In this document: piece by piece, positions 63,561 to 64,000 of the stretch | How positions within the stretch are numbered: the first letter of the stretch is position 1 | Layout of the letters: every line of letters begins with the position of its first letter | Assembly: GCF_902459465.1 (NCBI RefSeq) | Contig: NC_047066.1 | Location: 6,697,047-6,761,046, forward strand | DNA from: Asterias rubens | Taxonomy: Eukaryota | Direction: 5' to 3' | Length of the DNA stretch: 64,000 nt | Made by a program: the position numbers and the translations under genes | Notes under the pieces: generated by a model | What the model was told of the DNA's origin: nothing | What the model saw: only the letters and a program-made list of their open reading frames with translations | Database searches by the model: none

Positions 63561-64000
63561 GCCCTCAGGCTGAGCAAATTGGACCCCACAACGAATCGCC
63601 AATAAAGGGAGTAAAACGCCAGCGGTAGTGTGCACATTCAAAACCTTGTCACCCCATTCATTCTCTCCACTTTCCAAATCAAAGAGTATCCATCAATGAT
63701 CTACAAGTGGACACAGGCATTGAGTTACACAGAGCAAGAAACGGTCCATGCTCTACGCTAGTATGACATTTCAGCACACTTTACCTAAATTAAGTACAGT
63801 GCACTCATTTCTGCTCATACAACAATTCCCAACTTTTTTTCGACATTTGAATTACCTGCCCCAGATATGTCTGAATTTCATTTCCCAGGCCAGTTCGGCA
63901 AAACTTTTCTCTATGAATAAATAAATTAATTAATTTGCACCATCCATGCAACTCTTTGCTTGCAACAAGTCAGTACCGGTGTTGTAGCCGATGACAAAGG

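Overview
This window is nuclear genomic DNA from a eukaryote, almost certainly an invertebrate deuterostome (echinoderm-like). The evidence: GT-AG introns with polypyrimidine tracts, no prokaryotic gene packing, and dense MITE/SINE content. I cannot name the species. I reconstructed four protein-coding genes by reading exons against remembered vertebrate orthologues.

- STYXL1-like pseudophosphatase (MK-STYX; rhodanese plus inactive DUSP domain), + strand. Four 3' coding exons at 1300-3965; the 5' exons lie upstream of the window or were not found.
- ALKBH4 (AlkB-family 2OG/Fe(II) dioxygenase), - strand, 3 exons, 5507-10890. It is complete at about 303 aa.
- LRWD1/ORCA (leucine-rich repeats plus WD40), + strand, 14 exons, 12449-21995. 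It appears complete.
- NLK (Nemo-like kinase), - strand. Nine exons are mapped between 34020 and 56434, covering the kinase catalytic core and C-terminal region (from the Gly-loop WSV on). The 5' exons were not found.

ALKBH4 and LRWD1 are arranged head-to-head. Their start codons are 1.56 kb apart, so they should share a CpG-containing bidirectional promoter. To my recollection the same adjacency exists at human 7q22.1.

ALKBH4 intron 1 carries two adjacent DNA-transposon insertions with exact target-site duplications. One is a Mutator-like MITE (9-bp TSD) whose interior is a 4 x ~120-bp minisatellite. The other is a ~1.56-kb hAT-like element (8-bp TSD) encoding only a BED zinc finger.

The remainder is repeat-rich:
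- a ~385-bp MITE family (TIR aaggcagtggacactattggtaatt) in at least 14 copies, mostly within NLK introns;
- at least three further MITE families;
- two tRNA-derived SINE families;
- several minisatellites;
- a 31-nt poly-G tract;
- an imperfect 360-bp palindrome.

No prokaryotic-type system (CRISPR, operon) is present. All exon boundaries were placed by eye and remain unverified.
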